A stretch of DNA of 63,898 nt, counting the filler, from Blastocystis sp. subtype 4 (Eukaryota), in the NCBI RefSeq assembly GCF_000743755.1. It is 3 parts of 3 records of this genome, joined end to end, with 100 filler letters (N's around TTAATTAATTAA, not from the genome) between each part and the next. Parts side by side here need not be neighbours in the genome. Positions count along the whole stretch, not along the records: positions 24,427 to 44,942 come from NW_014569343.1; positions 45,043 to 63,898 come from NW_014569332.1; 1 more part is not named here. One strand, 5' to 3'. Each line of letters begins with the position of its first letter. The first letter of the stretch is position 1. This document shows positions 37,447 through 49,985 of the stretch, piece after piece. A program made the translations under genes and the position numbers. The notes under the pieces were generated by a model that was not told the DNA's origin, ran no database searches, and saw only the letters and a list, made by a program, of their open reading frames with translations.

Positions 37447-39905
37447 ATGAGTGATTGTAACTCTGTTATTGTGAAGAATCTTCCCATGTCGATAACGGAA
37501 GTTGGATTATGGAGTGAACTTGAGTATAGCCTTCCCTGTTATCTGGATTTGGATCTTTTGGCTCAATCATCCGTATTCAGTTTTTTCTGGCCTCTGAAGT
37601 AGTTTATTCTATCTAGTTTCTATATAGGAATATGTTACTGCTCGCATTATCTTCAGCGATCCATCGTATGGTATGTAGATTTGGTGAATAGTAATTCTAT
37701 TAGCTTCTTCTGCTCACCAAGCTATGAATGGAAGATATGTTGGTGGGTGTAAATGTGCTACCTCGTTAGAATATTGTGAGATTGATTCCATTCACCTGAA
37801 TCCTATGACAACGATTGTTATTGATTATCTGCCTGCTACCATGACTATTCATTATTTATGTAGTTTCTTTTCCACTTTTGGTTCTATTGTTGGAGGGTAT
37901 ATGGAATCCAAATTCTTTTCTTCAGGTCATCGTATTTGTGGATACCTTCAAATGGCTACTTCTCAATCTGCTTTAGAAGCAGTAGAAGCCACCAATGGAC
38001 GTGATTTTGAAGATTTCCATGTGATTTCGTCGATCATGGCGAAAATAGCTCCAGGGTCTATATCAGTTCCTAAGGATTCTGCAGCGACTAAAAAACATAC
38101 TGGATATTTGGTATATGTTGCTGGCTATCCAGAGTACTGGAAAGCACAGGATCTGGGAAAACTCTTCCGACAATCATGTTCACTGTTATCTGTTGCTATG
38201 ATGGATGGCTATTGTAAGGTGTATGTGGCTGATGAGGTTTCATTGCACACACTCTGTGAGATATGTGCTGGAAGTTCATTTGTGGACCCTCGCACAAAGG
38301 AGCATGTTACATTAGTAGCTCAACCTGAAGTTACGTTGAGTGTGGATGTGCCAATTACTAGTCCCTCATACTTGGAATCATTATCAATTGTTCAAGGGGA
38401 TGATTCTCAGTTGTCACAGGAAGTAGTTCCAGCAAAGACAACGATTAAGATGCCGGGAATGGAGAAGAAAGTACATGAATCGCGGGAGAATAGTGGAAGT
38501 TCAAATCGTACTCCCAATCGTGTAGACAATAAGAATGAACCAAATAAGAATGGAAATAAGAAGAAGGGGAATAAGAGGTTGACAAAGAAGGAGAATTCTA
38601 TGTCGTATCAGCAACCCTCGAATGAGCATTCATTGTTAAATGAGCATAAGTCCTCATATGAACGTCAACTGTCAAGTGACCATCAATCGTCGAATGAACG
38701 TAAACCCTCAAATGAACGTAAACCCTCAAATGAACGCAGACCCTCAAATGAGCACAGGCCCTCAAATGAGCCATCAGCAAAGAGTATGCCTAATGAGACA
38801 TATCAACAGTCTCAGCTTCCTTCACAGCAGTCGTATCTATTGTATTCCCAACAACAGGCCTATATGCAACAACCCCAGCCTTATCCGTTACAAGCGTATC
38901 CCCAACAACCTTATCAGCCTCAAGTCTATGCCCAGCAACCTTATCAGCAATCTCCCTTCCCTCAACCCTATCAACAACCACAGCCTTCAGCAGTCTATCA
39001 ACCTCTTTCTTACATCCCATTCCCTTCTCAATCCTTCCAACCATCACCAAACCCTACTTCCATCAAAGCTAGTGATTCAGGTCTTCTTATTGAAAGATTC
39101 AACCATCAGTTTAGTGAATACGTAGTGAAACGCCTCTTCAGAGGGTTTGGTCATGTTATCCAAATCATTTTTCTGGATCCTTTCACAGCGTGAGTTATCA
39201 GAAATACTCTCATCGTTAGAGCCGTCTATTTTGATATGGCTACCAGTGCTGATGCTGCAATGCGAGCATTACGGGGAAAAGAGATTAATGGCAACAATAT
39301 TATGATATGCAAATTGGTGCGCAATGTAGGAATAGAACATGAGTGTCATTGTAGGGAGGACTGGTGATCAACGTGAACTCATCTGGTGACTTGTAAGAGA
39401 TCTTTCTGGAATGTCATGAATAGTGCTGATTTTGCTCGTAATGCGGTTCAACAGGCTCAAATCGCGCGTGTGAATGCTATTCTTGGTCTGGAACCCGAAG
39501 CTCTTCCTGTTGCGATGTCTTCTGCTTCCAAACCAGAGACTCAGAATAAGCGCAATCATCGTCATCATCATGCTCCTCCTCCAAAGTCACAACCGGCACA
39601 ATCACAGCCAACGAGTTCAGAGGCATCTGAAGTATCCAAGGAACAGGTTCTAAAGGTATTGGAAGAACAGATGGCAGCAATTGGAACTGTCACTGTGGAA
39701 GATGTGGAGGAAATGGAGGAAAAGGATAAGAACTCGTATCTGAGAGAATTTGTAGCTCCTATTGTTGGTGCTGTGGAGAAGAATCAGGTTTCGGAGGTAA
39801 TTAACGAGGTTCTGAGGATGGATGTCGAGTACATTGTACAGGCGATAAATGATCCGAAATTCATGTATGAGGCGATCACCAAAGCAGAAAAGCAATTAGG
39901 TATGT
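37447..39905 (+). CDS. Multi-RRM protein, divergent PABP-like, with a Q/P-rich insert and a possible C-terminal MLLE/PABC-like domain
   Basis: Several degenerate RRMs (VIVKNLP, FSTFGSI, GYLQM, FRGFGHV); C-terminus EVLRMDVEYIVQAINDPKFMYEAITKA. Confidence 0.55.
38690..38770 (+). repeat. 18-nt coding tandem repeat (SNERKP-like, 4-5 copies)
   Basis: CCCTCAAATGA(A/G)C units. Confidence 0.85.
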
Positions 39906-39953
39906 GGTTTGTTTGTTTACAGTCCTTTTCCCTCCAAGTGACGATGAACCATC

Positions 39954-41184
39954 ATGGGATCGCTTATGGGTCAACCGAGACCTTCCTATTCAGAAATACT
40001 TGCAGAAGTGGGGAAAGCATGGGATTTGGAGAACAATGACGCTGGAATGGCTATAACACTTTTGGATCAGCTAAAATCAACAATTCAAGGTAATTCCATG
40101 GATTTTGAGAAGAAAGACATCCTTCTTGAACTCATCGATGTATCTACACAGTTTATTGCCAAAGATGAAGGAACAGAAACTGTCCTAACGCCGTCAAGTA
40201 CAAGGAGGCGGCTTTCAGGGAGTCCATCTAGTGAGTTTGGTTGTATCTCTTTCATTTAGATTCACTCTCCAAACGAAGACAATATGCAGAACAAGATTCT
40301 GTTAGTTGGCAGGATGTTATCGGTCAAGATGAAGCAAAGCGGGCTCTATATGAGAGTTGCATGCTTCCATCAATTCTCCCAACATCATTATTTGTCGGAT
40401 GTCGTCAGTTATGCACATCGATTCTCCTCTTCGGACCTCCAGGAACAGGAAAAACTTCACTCGTTCGTGCAGTTGCAAATGAATCTCGTATTGAACTAAT
40501 TTGTTGGTGATAGAAAGATCATTATCTATTGGAGCTTCCACCATCTTCGTTCCTATCGAAATGGGCAGGAGAAGCAGAAAGAAAGTTACGAGATGCATTC
40601 ACGATGGTGCGAAGAAGGTCTCCTAGCATACTGTTTCTTGATGAGTTTGATGCTTTGGCAATGCGGCGAGAGACAGCAGAAGACCCCGGAGCACGACGAG
40701 TGTTAAGTGAACTGTTGATTCAAATGAGTTCTGTTTGTCTAGGTGATGGAATTACAATTATTGCAGCCACAAATCGATTACTTGATTTAGACCCGGCTAT
40801 TGTTCGTAGATTCCATAAGGTCATTGAAGTGAATCTACCCACCCGGGAGGAACGACAACAGATCATCGTTCATCACCTCACTCCTATCGATCATCAGCTA
40901 TCAGAAGAAGAAATAGGGTATTTGGGAGAAAGTACAGATGGGTGGTCTGGAGCGTTGCTCTATGTGATAGTGTGATCGACGAATGATTAGTAGAATTTGT
41001 GTCGAGAAGCATGCATGGTTCCAATTCTGGAAATGTCTCAATCCTTACTGTCGTTTTCTGACTCGACATCATTCAAAACTTCACCAAGTCCTGGAGAAGA
41101 AGGCATTCGGATTCGACCTGTTGTATTCAATGATTTTGTGGATGCTCTTGGTACGTTGCAAGGTCGGTCGAGACTTGAAACATG
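39954..41184 (+). CDS. Meiotic-clade AAA+ ATPase (spastin/fidgetin/katanin/VPS4 group)
   Basis: WQDVIG, GPPGTGKT, SKWAGE, LFLDEFD, AATNR..DLDPAIVRRF, GWSG. Confidence 0.85.
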
Positions 41185-41487
41185 CTTTTGTTTGTTGTGA
41201 ATCACTCACAATGAGTTTCACTGCACTATGTAAGTTGTGTTTTGCGCTTCTAATCTCTCTTAATAGTCATGCTGACAATAGAGAGTCGCATGAAGTGAAT
41301 GGGAGAGGAGATTAAGTGGAAAGGCTCAAATGATATCTTCATGATTATCATTAGTTTGTCTGATGTCGCTATGACATGTGATGATGGTTTTGTGTTGAGA
41401 AACTTCAAATGAGAGGTTCATTGGAAGTGACGAATAATACACTAACATTCTGTAGATCAATCATTCAGAACAAACAAGAGACACAAA

Positions 41488-42324
41488 TTACTTCAGTTTG
41501 GGATAAACAACCTCGGCAAAGAATATACCGAGTGCAACCATGCAGATTGACCAAACAATAAATAATAAAACATACAAGATAGACTTCTTTGGAATGGGAG
41601 TATCCGTTTCTTTCATCGTCTGTGCGTCATCCATCATAACTAATCCTACCTCGACAGGAGCATCCTCGATAACATCAGAAACTTCACAAGGTGTAGCATT
41701 CACATCAGGAGAATCACCCTCCGTTTTGTACACGATAATGAGTCGCTTCTTGAATATCTCTTCGGGTTCCTGTAACTTATCCTCAGTCACATTCTCTCCG
41801 TAGTTGTCACAAGACTTAAAAGAACGGAGCTCATCATTGGTCTTGAAACGTTTGCGAATTACATCCTTCGATTCATCTGGGTTCTTCTCCAAAACATCTG
41901 CAAAAATGGTAGAGACACGCATAGCATTGATTTCAATCTTGTCTCTGGAAATGAATATTCAAACTCTCATCTACCGTTTAGGAATCTCATCGCGAAGCAT
42001 AAGAATCTCTCTGGCCTTCTTTAATGTCACTATACATGGTCTTCTCTTTATTGTTTCGTACGTCGAATTTCAATGCTTTCTTTGGGCTTCAATAGGAATT
42101 TAGTTGGCTTTACCGAGAAAACAATCTTGGCATTTGTCTTAATAGAGTAGATCATCTACTTGTGACCAAAATGCACCAAACACGTACGTTCGAGTTGGTA
42201 TTGTTTGTGATCCCTATAGATGTCTCACTGTCTCTTTCTGTTGTAACTATTTACTCAGTAGCCTAAACTACTACGTACCATTAAAGACAACAGATTCCTT
42301 ATTGCTCAGCAAGAGTGGATCCAT
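41488..42324 (-). CDS. VAP-like MSP-domain tail-anchored membrane protein
   Basis: IYSIKTNAKIVFSVKPTKFLLKPKESIEI resembles the MSP motif FKVKTT..Y.V.P; C-terminal TM helix. Confidence 0.6.
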
Positions 42325-42487
42325 AACTTGGTTCTAAATAATTAGAGTGTTGCGAGATTTGATGAATGTACAAAATAGTTAGTAATTTGGTCATGAACAA
42401 GCAATAGGCCAAATCTGACACTTCCAAGATTCCTATTGATTTCTTCACATCAATTTATTTGTTATCTACGCAAGTAACACTATCCAA

Positions 42488-44191
42488 ATGGATTGATTGA
42501 GTAGAGGGAAAGATTTTTTGATGATTCAGTTTCTTTTGTCTTTCCTGATGTGAGGTCCTATTTGTTTGATAACTCCTAGATGTTCCACTGTCTTTGGATA
42601 TGTGGAAGAAGCTTATCGAGGTGAACCGAACAATCGTGTAGGAATGACAAGGGTGTGTGAGAATAGGACTGGTTCACAGGAGAGACGGAACGAAATGGAA
42701 AACCCTTGTTCGTTCCAGGTGATGTGGTCGATTCTCCTCTACTCCAGAAGCGAACAGCTTCTTATGCTGTCCAGTCTCTGGTAATGGGTGTTCCAGCTGG
42801 TGGAAAGGTGTACAACGGAGCTCGATACTCAGTTGACATTCCGAAGAAAGAGGACAATAAGAATCGTGGAATTCCAGTGGATTCGATCTCTATAAGAAAA
42901 ATGGAGCAGAAGGAGATAACAGAATCCTTCGATTCCCAGGGAGTTGGTTGCGACCCCATGCATTTGTTATATATGGTTGATTTTCAACGAAATAGAAAAG
43001 AAATAGTAGATTTAAACTCTGGAGATGTGATTGCAACAGTCGATTCCATTTCAAGTGAAACCACAAGTCAGTATTTTGGTAAATTGAGTGCACATCAATT
43101 TGATGTGACTCTAACACTTCAAACAACGTTATTCTCTTTTTAGACCTTAATCATAGATCTGTTCGATTAAGTTATCTTGCCATGTTTTTAGATCGTTGGA
43201 AAGGACCTATTTCAGTTGTAATATATACTCCTCCAGAAGGAGTATCCAAAATTATGAAGTTTTTACGGAATTCCCATTTTCCCTCCCGATTATTGGTTAC
43301 TTTGATTTCAGATTCAGGTACCGATTATCCAATCAATGCTCTCCGGAACTATGCCATCAAAGCTGCTTCAACAACTCATTTCTATTTGAGTGATATGGAT
43401 GTGTGGCCCACGAGTATCATTCCTGAGTCTACTTAAGCACTAGCAACACTGTATAGCTCATTTGTTGAAGTGTTGGGATCCCAAACAATTGAAGGTTCAG
43501 TCTTACGAAATGATAACACGGCTGTTATTGTTCCAGTATACGAGTACGTACTTCCATGTTCAAGTTTTCAACGATGTGTCAGGGAGTAAACACTGTGATG
43601 ATGATGTGATTGATAGAAGACAAACAAGGATTCCTAATACCAAAGCTACTCTACGCAAGTGTTTATCACGACGGAGATGTAGGGAGTTCCGTGCTGGTCA
43701 GAATCTTCACAACTATTACTTCGAAGAGTGGTTGCATGATAACTGGACTCAATGGATCACTCCTGTCACTTGTTTTGTGAAAGATAAACAGGAACCGTAA
43801 GTATGATAGGAGTGATTGAGGATCAGGTACATGATTCTGAAGAAGTCATCAAACCTGCCTTATTTTGATGAACGCTTTGTGAACTATGGTTATAATAAGG
43901 TTCAGTGGGTTGCAAATCTTCGTTTCATGGGATATCGTTTCTATGTTTTTGGGCCTGAATTTGGAATTGATGTTGCACATCCACGGTTATTCATGGTTAT
44001 TTTGATATGATGAGATAGAGGTGACTTGCAGAAGGCTTTCTTAAGCAAAATGAAGAATGAACATGTGATCATGAATCAGGCTTTGTATGGTCAGTTCTTA
44101 CAAGAACTCCTTCGAAAGAAGACTTATAGTGTTACAAAGACGTGTAAAAAGAACCAGAGAGAGATTTGTCTGGATTGTCCTTTGGAAGAGT
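42488..44191 (+). CDS. GT49 (LARGE/B4GAT1-like) glycosyltransferase
   Basis: DVTLTLQ, RWKGPISV, YPINALRN, DMDVWP, EPY, FDERFVNYGYNK. Confidence 0.85.
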
Positions 44192-44209
44192 TGTATGTTT
44201 GTTTGAGTA

Positions 44210-44942
44210 ATGAATAGTTACCAGCAGCAATTGAATAATCATTTGAGAATACTTGTTGTGTTGATTCAATGTTGATATTGGTTCTGATAGAGATTGTATC
44301 TGTTAGATGTACAAAGTTCTCTGTACTATTGAATGTGTAGTTGGTTGTTCCATCACAGTATCGAACACCCTTTCTACAAACACGTTGATAGTACACTTCA
44401 AATCTGTGTACAGATGTGTTTACAACCTTATATCCAATATCATGAGACCATGTCACATTCACTCTTGGTACATCATTGTTTCTAGCAATCAGATTTCCAT
44501 TACGAACTAACCATTTGTATCCAGTTGTATTGATCAGATTACATATTGTGTTCAAAATGTCAATTGGCTTGTGATATCCCTTTGAAACAGTTCCAGAATA
44601 GCTTTCATCAGATTCATTGAGTATTTGAATAGTGAATGTAGTATCTTGTGGTATATCTTTTGTACACATGAATCGAAGTATTGATTGAAGTCATTGAACC
44701 AACCATTGAGATTGGATTGATCACGAACAAACTTGATGTATTGTGAAAAGTTGAACTGAACATATTTGTCAGATCGTTGATCAATAGATATAGGTGGTGT
44801 TGATAGTCTCAATTTGGATTCAAGCATTGATAGATAATCATCAAAACTGTAGTTTCCATTTGGTATAACCACATTGCTAATTGCACTATCACCATCACTC
44901 ACTACTACCTTGTTATTCGTATCATTGACTGGATATTGTTTG
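44210..44942 (-). pseudogene. Intronless, frameshifted fragment resembling Polinton/virophage/NCLDV minor capsid (penton)-type proteins
   Basis: QYPVNDTNNKVVVSDG...VVIPNGNYSFDDY, repeated as SIAAGNYS; frame switch near 44670; cut by the contig end. Confidence 0.45.
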
Positions 44943-45042
44943 NNNNNNNNNNNNNNNNNNNNNNNNNNNNNNNNNNNNNNNNNNNNTTAATTAATTAANN
45001 NNNNNNNNNNNNNNNNNNNNNNNNNNNNNNNNNNNNNNNNNN
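44943..45042. other. Artificial contig linker
   Basis: N-run, TTAATTAATTAA, N-run. Confidence 0.95.
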
Positions 45043-46330
45043 TGAAAGAACTATCGATTTCAATTCTTTCATTTCTTATCAATCTGGCATTTCTACTGAT
45101 AATCCTTGTTCTGTTTATCCTCATGACATCTCTGCTTCTGGAACATTCAATTATCGTTCAGAAGCATTTGATTACAAGTGGAATAATCGTGCAGCGATAT
45201 CTCCTTCTTCTCTTCCTGCCTATGTGATTGGTTCATTTGAAACTATCATTCCTTATATCAATTCTATTCGATTATATACTGACGATTATCCAGAATACTC
45301 TCCTTCTTCATTCATTGTATCAGGAAGTGATTCTGGTTCTTCTTGGACTACTCTATTGACTCAATATGGTCAGACTTATAATGCGAATTCATGGAAACAA
45401 TAGTCATTGAATTCTCCTTCACAATTCAAATCAATCAAGTTCACTGTCAATTCTGTTCAATCATCTCCTTAAGCTCATATTACTGAACTTCAATTCATGA
45501 CCTGTAATCGACCTGAACTCTTGTATTCTCCAAGAGTTGTCATTCTAAGTATTGGTATTGGCAGCGTTCTCATTCAACCTATGAGCAGTATGTTGTATTC
45601 TTCTTGGGCAATCACTCCTGCTCTTCCAGATAGTATGACTCTTAATCCAAACAATGGTGTTATCTCTGGCTGCTCAGACTAAAAGAAATCCATCTCCTAT
45701 TGATATGTACTTCTATTCTGATTACAAGATTGTGAGATATGTTGATGCTACTCTTGCTATTCCTCTAATCTCTCTTTCTGAATTCACTTATCCTTCTCGA
45801 ATTGTATTTGGAGATGATTCTTTCAAGATGAAAAAATTGAACACACTGATTCAGTGGATGATTGATAATCGTGATAAGGGATACTTCATGAATCTTGAGT
45901 ACTTCCAAGTGACTGGCCATAAGGCTGCTACTCATGAGGCTTCAACAGATGCTACTGGAATGATTGCAACTATTGTTTCAAATCCTCATACAATGTGTAC
46001 TGATAAGGAGAATTTCCCTAAATTGACTATGATGAACTTCAATACCAATGGATACAACGAGTTCAATGATGGATTCGATGCTGCCTTGAGAGGTACTTGT
46101 AATCGTGCTGAAACAGGAGTGAGAGTCAATGCTATGCAGAGGCAGTTACGTATCCTCCAATTTGTTCTGCTTCAAGTGGTGTCAACTTCTGGTATTACGA
46201 TATGGTTGATGAAAAGGATACTAAGCAATGTCATTTCACCTGGAATTGGGATATGGGTGGCACGTTGAACACCTATGCTCCTGGTCCTTATCCTAATGCT
46301 AATACTGAACATTGTGATAATCAATAACAG
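45043..46330 (+). pseudogene. Decayed surface-protein gene: discoidin/F5-8C-like and He_PIG Ig-like segments followed by a second family fragment
   Basis: PSSFIVSGS..WTTL..ITELQFMTC and ITPALPDSMTLNPNNGVISG; in-frame TAG 45401 and TAA 45470; apparent frameshifts near 45680 and 46140. Confidence 0.65.
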
Positions 46331-46630
46331 AGTAAATGATCGTATTTGAGATCGTATTTGTTTAATTGGTACAATCGTTGCAAAGACAGATCTACTAGAA
46401 GTAGCCCATATAATTGCAGATTCTCTACTGCTGGTTTGAAACTGAACACAGAATCAGTTTGTTTTTCGGAATTCCAATTCCCAGTTTCATTCCATTATCC
46501 TTTACTCATTAAGGTTAGGCACATACAGTGCTTTATTCCTTCGGTTAAGGGACATTTGATAGATCGGAAGAGTTGGATTTGGATTTGTGTGTTTCCATTC
46601 TTCGCTTGTTGTTGTAACTCATATTACGGA

Positions 46631-47694
46631 ATGGAGGCCTATAACATAACAGATATTTCACACATATATGTTTACTTTATCAATTCTCTTTTGGAAGAGA
46701 GTGAAAAGGTATGGTTACAACTTGTAAATTATATATAGAATCGGAGATATATTGATCAGTCCCTGTTCAGCAATTATAACGATGTCCAGTTATCGTTAAC
46801 CGATTTCTTCAAGCGGTACAGTGAATCTTATTTGATTAACCTTAGGCTCTTTGGAAGAATGTGTTGTTCACTTGAATGTTTCTTCATTTCTCTAATCTAC
46901 ATTCGACGCTTTCATGAATCCAATCGTGGTGTTATTTGTAGTACATCGATCAAGAATGTGATAACTGCATCGTATTTATTTTTGTTAGAGTTCATTATAG
47001 AATTGTTTTGGCTCAGAAGTTTTTCGATGAGATTTGTTACAAGTCCGAATTCTATGGTAGTTTTGCCAATCTGAAAGTGAACGAGATGAATAACCTTGAA
47101 GTTGATTTCCTTTGTCGGATTCACTTTTCTCTTATGGTGTATCCAGCACAGTACGAATCTTTTTATAATGAAATGTGCAACCTATGTTGTTTGCCATGTC
47201 TTCAGAGGAGTATCTGATGGTTGAATCTATCATTCTTAGATGGTGTTTCATTACCCCAATTGGTAGATGTGAGTGGATGTCCCGAATGTCCATTGTTGAA
47301 ATATGTGCTTACTCCGCAAGAACAACAGCGGAAGGCAATGTACTATCAGCAACACCCTGCCGCTATTGTTGCCCCTCCTCCGATCATTTACAAGCCAAAA
47401 CAAATGGTCCGTACTTTTCCTCCCAAGCAGCCAGCCTTTTCCATGGTTCCGCAGCAGCCATCAGCTGTTTCGGTACCTCCTCCTTTTGTTCAATCCTCTG
47501 TCCCTGTTCAGGTTCCGCAGCAGGCATATTATCGGGCACCAGTGCAAGTGTGCGTCAACCAGTCACAGTCTATAGGTAATTATCCGAATCCTATTTACCC
47601 TCCTTCTCAGCCAGGATTATCTAGTCACACTGTTCATTACACTTATCAGGTCCCTTCAAATACGGGAAGTGTTTGGTCTCCTTATCGGTCATAA
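46631..47694 (+). CDS. PHO80/U-type cyclin with a Pro/Gln-rich tail
   Basis: CSLECFFISLIYIRR, LAQKFFDE..Y...YG, EMNNLEVDFL..IHFSL. Confidence 0.85.
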
Positions 47695-47758
47695 TTTCTA
47701 AGTTTAGTTTTCTGTTGTTGTAATTTGTTTCTTTTCCGTATTTTGATTCTGTTGGAGT

Positions 47759-49935
47759 ATGAGAGGGTGTGTGAATGAGGTCCTTTTCGGACTTCTTCTG
47801 TTTTTGTACTTTTTCGAAACGACAGCTTCTAGAGAATGGTTCTATTATATTCAATCGTGTTTTTCTGCTTATGATATAGTGTTGAACGAAGAAGATGAAA
47901 GAAATGTACAGAAGAATAGGTCTATTGGAATTGTGGAATTCAATATTGATAATAGAGGGAATCCAGTCCATGGGGAGATACCCAAGTCTATGGGATTGAA
48001 TTCGGGTATTAGTAGTCTTTTACTATCAAAGAACGCCTCAAGTTGTAATGGAAACACTGATGAAGATTTCTCGAAAGTGTCTATATCGGAAGCTATGGAT
48101 TTGATTATACCATCTTCTGTTGTTTCGAATATATCACAAGTATCGCTAGTTACCTCAACTGAATCTGTTGTTGCTCTTAATGTGTCTCAGACTGTTGCTA
48201 GTAGTTCATATGTATCTCAAGTGTCGACAGTTTCCTGGAATGAAGCAACCTCATCTTTGATTACTTCCAGTATGCCTCAATCGACTTCTGTTCCTATTAA
48301 TGAGACGCGCACATCGACAGGTATTTCCTGTAATTCGGTAGTGTCGGTGGCTTCGAACACCTCCATGGAATGTCTTCGTAACTCAGATACAATTCAAAAA
48401 GCTGCTGTCGTTTCCTCTATGGTTCCACAATCTTTTATCGTTGCAAACAAATCACTAGTGTCTACAATAAGTACTTCACTTCTCTCAAGCGATTCTCCAA
48501 ATTCATCTAACCCTTTCTCATCGTCGAATATACGCCTACATTCTACCGTATCATCTGTTTTCAGTAACCGGTATCAAACAGAAACCTTAACTCGTCTTTG
48601 GTCAGAAGCTCAGTCTTTCGATTTGCCTCTTCGTAATCTCTTCAATATGACCTATCTTCTCAAGAAATTTCTGCCACTCACAGTTTCATCCCATGTACTT
48701 GCTCCAGACTCTGAATCCCTTCTGTCCATTGTGAAGAACCATAAGAGGCATCTAGTCCAGAAGTGTCACGGTCATGACATCTATAGTTTTTGTCAAGGGC
48801 ATTCTCTCCTCTCTTGGGACTCAGATTCTCGTTATTTCTATACCTTTTCACCGCAGCCACTACCACAGAATCATTCTTCTTCTCAGCTTACATTTGTAGC
48901 CCATACTTCGTAGGAATTCAATTCTTATTTCACTGTAGTGTGGATCGATTAAACTATTTACCACATTTGTTGAGAAGATGGAAAGGATATATCTCATTGG
49001 CTGTGATTGCTGATACTTCGGAGTTGCCTGCAGTTCAGAAGGTTCTTCGAAGTCTTCGCTATCGCAAGCACGTGCGTATCTCTTTATACATTCCAGGAAA
49101 GCAGAATTATGTTTGGATTCATCCAGAAAAGAAGATTGTCAAATCAAATCGGATCTATCCCATCAATTTGCTACGGGATATAGCCATTTTGAACTGTATT
49201 ACGACACATTATGTGAATCTTGATATGGATCTATGGCCATCGGATTCCCTTCTCACTACATTTCAGTCCTTGCCTTTTTCTCTTACGCAGTTGCACAAAG
49301 CAGCATTGATCCTACCAGCATTCCAATTCACTCCTTCGCTGCGCAGTCTGTATGGTTCGCAGAATAAACTCACTGATGAGTAGGATTTCTAGATTTGTTT
49401 GAAATAGACTTGTTGCACGTATTCCTCATACAAAGAAGGATTTGCTCATATATGTCAATCAAAAGGCGGCTAATCTTGCTAATCCAAATATGAATAAGCA
49501 TGTATTTGTCTATTAGATTGTCAATTATAGCAATATCTTGGGGATTATTGGTATCATTCTGGAGATGAAGCGATTCAGCCAATGATGTGTATGAACTATT
49601 CGACTATGGAACCATATGTAATCCTTCGTCGATCACAAAGGACTCCTCTCTTCCATCCTTATTACATTGATTATGGATTCAATAAGGTACAATTCATCCA
49701 GCGATTACGGTTTGAAGGATTCCGATTCTTTATGTTGATGAATGAGTTTGGGTTCGATGTTCCGCATAAAACGTACGTGTTGATGTCTTTCTCGTGAATA
49801 GATCGACGTATTCACTAGTTTTATCGAAGGAATTGAAGTCAGGGACGTCTTCAGTTTCTGCTCTACATCGGAGGTTAATGAAAGCAATGCATGACGATGA
49901 TCTTTCCTTTCCTGTATGCCCTAGAAGTCCAGTAT
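47759..49935 (+). CDS. GT49 (LARGE/B4GAT1-like) glycosyltransferase with a Ser/Thr-rich stem
   Basis: RWKGYISLAV, YPINLLRD, DMDLWPS, EPYVIL, YGFNKVQ. Confidence 0.85.
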
Positions 49936-49985
49936 CGATTGTTTGTTAGGAACAAAAATCATTGCGATACTGATAATGTCATTTC

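Noticed and set aside
41200..41480. Possible C/D snoRNA or micro-gene in an intergenic stretch
   Set aside because: Box motifs are incomplete with no terminal stem, and the spliced mini-ORF is too short to support
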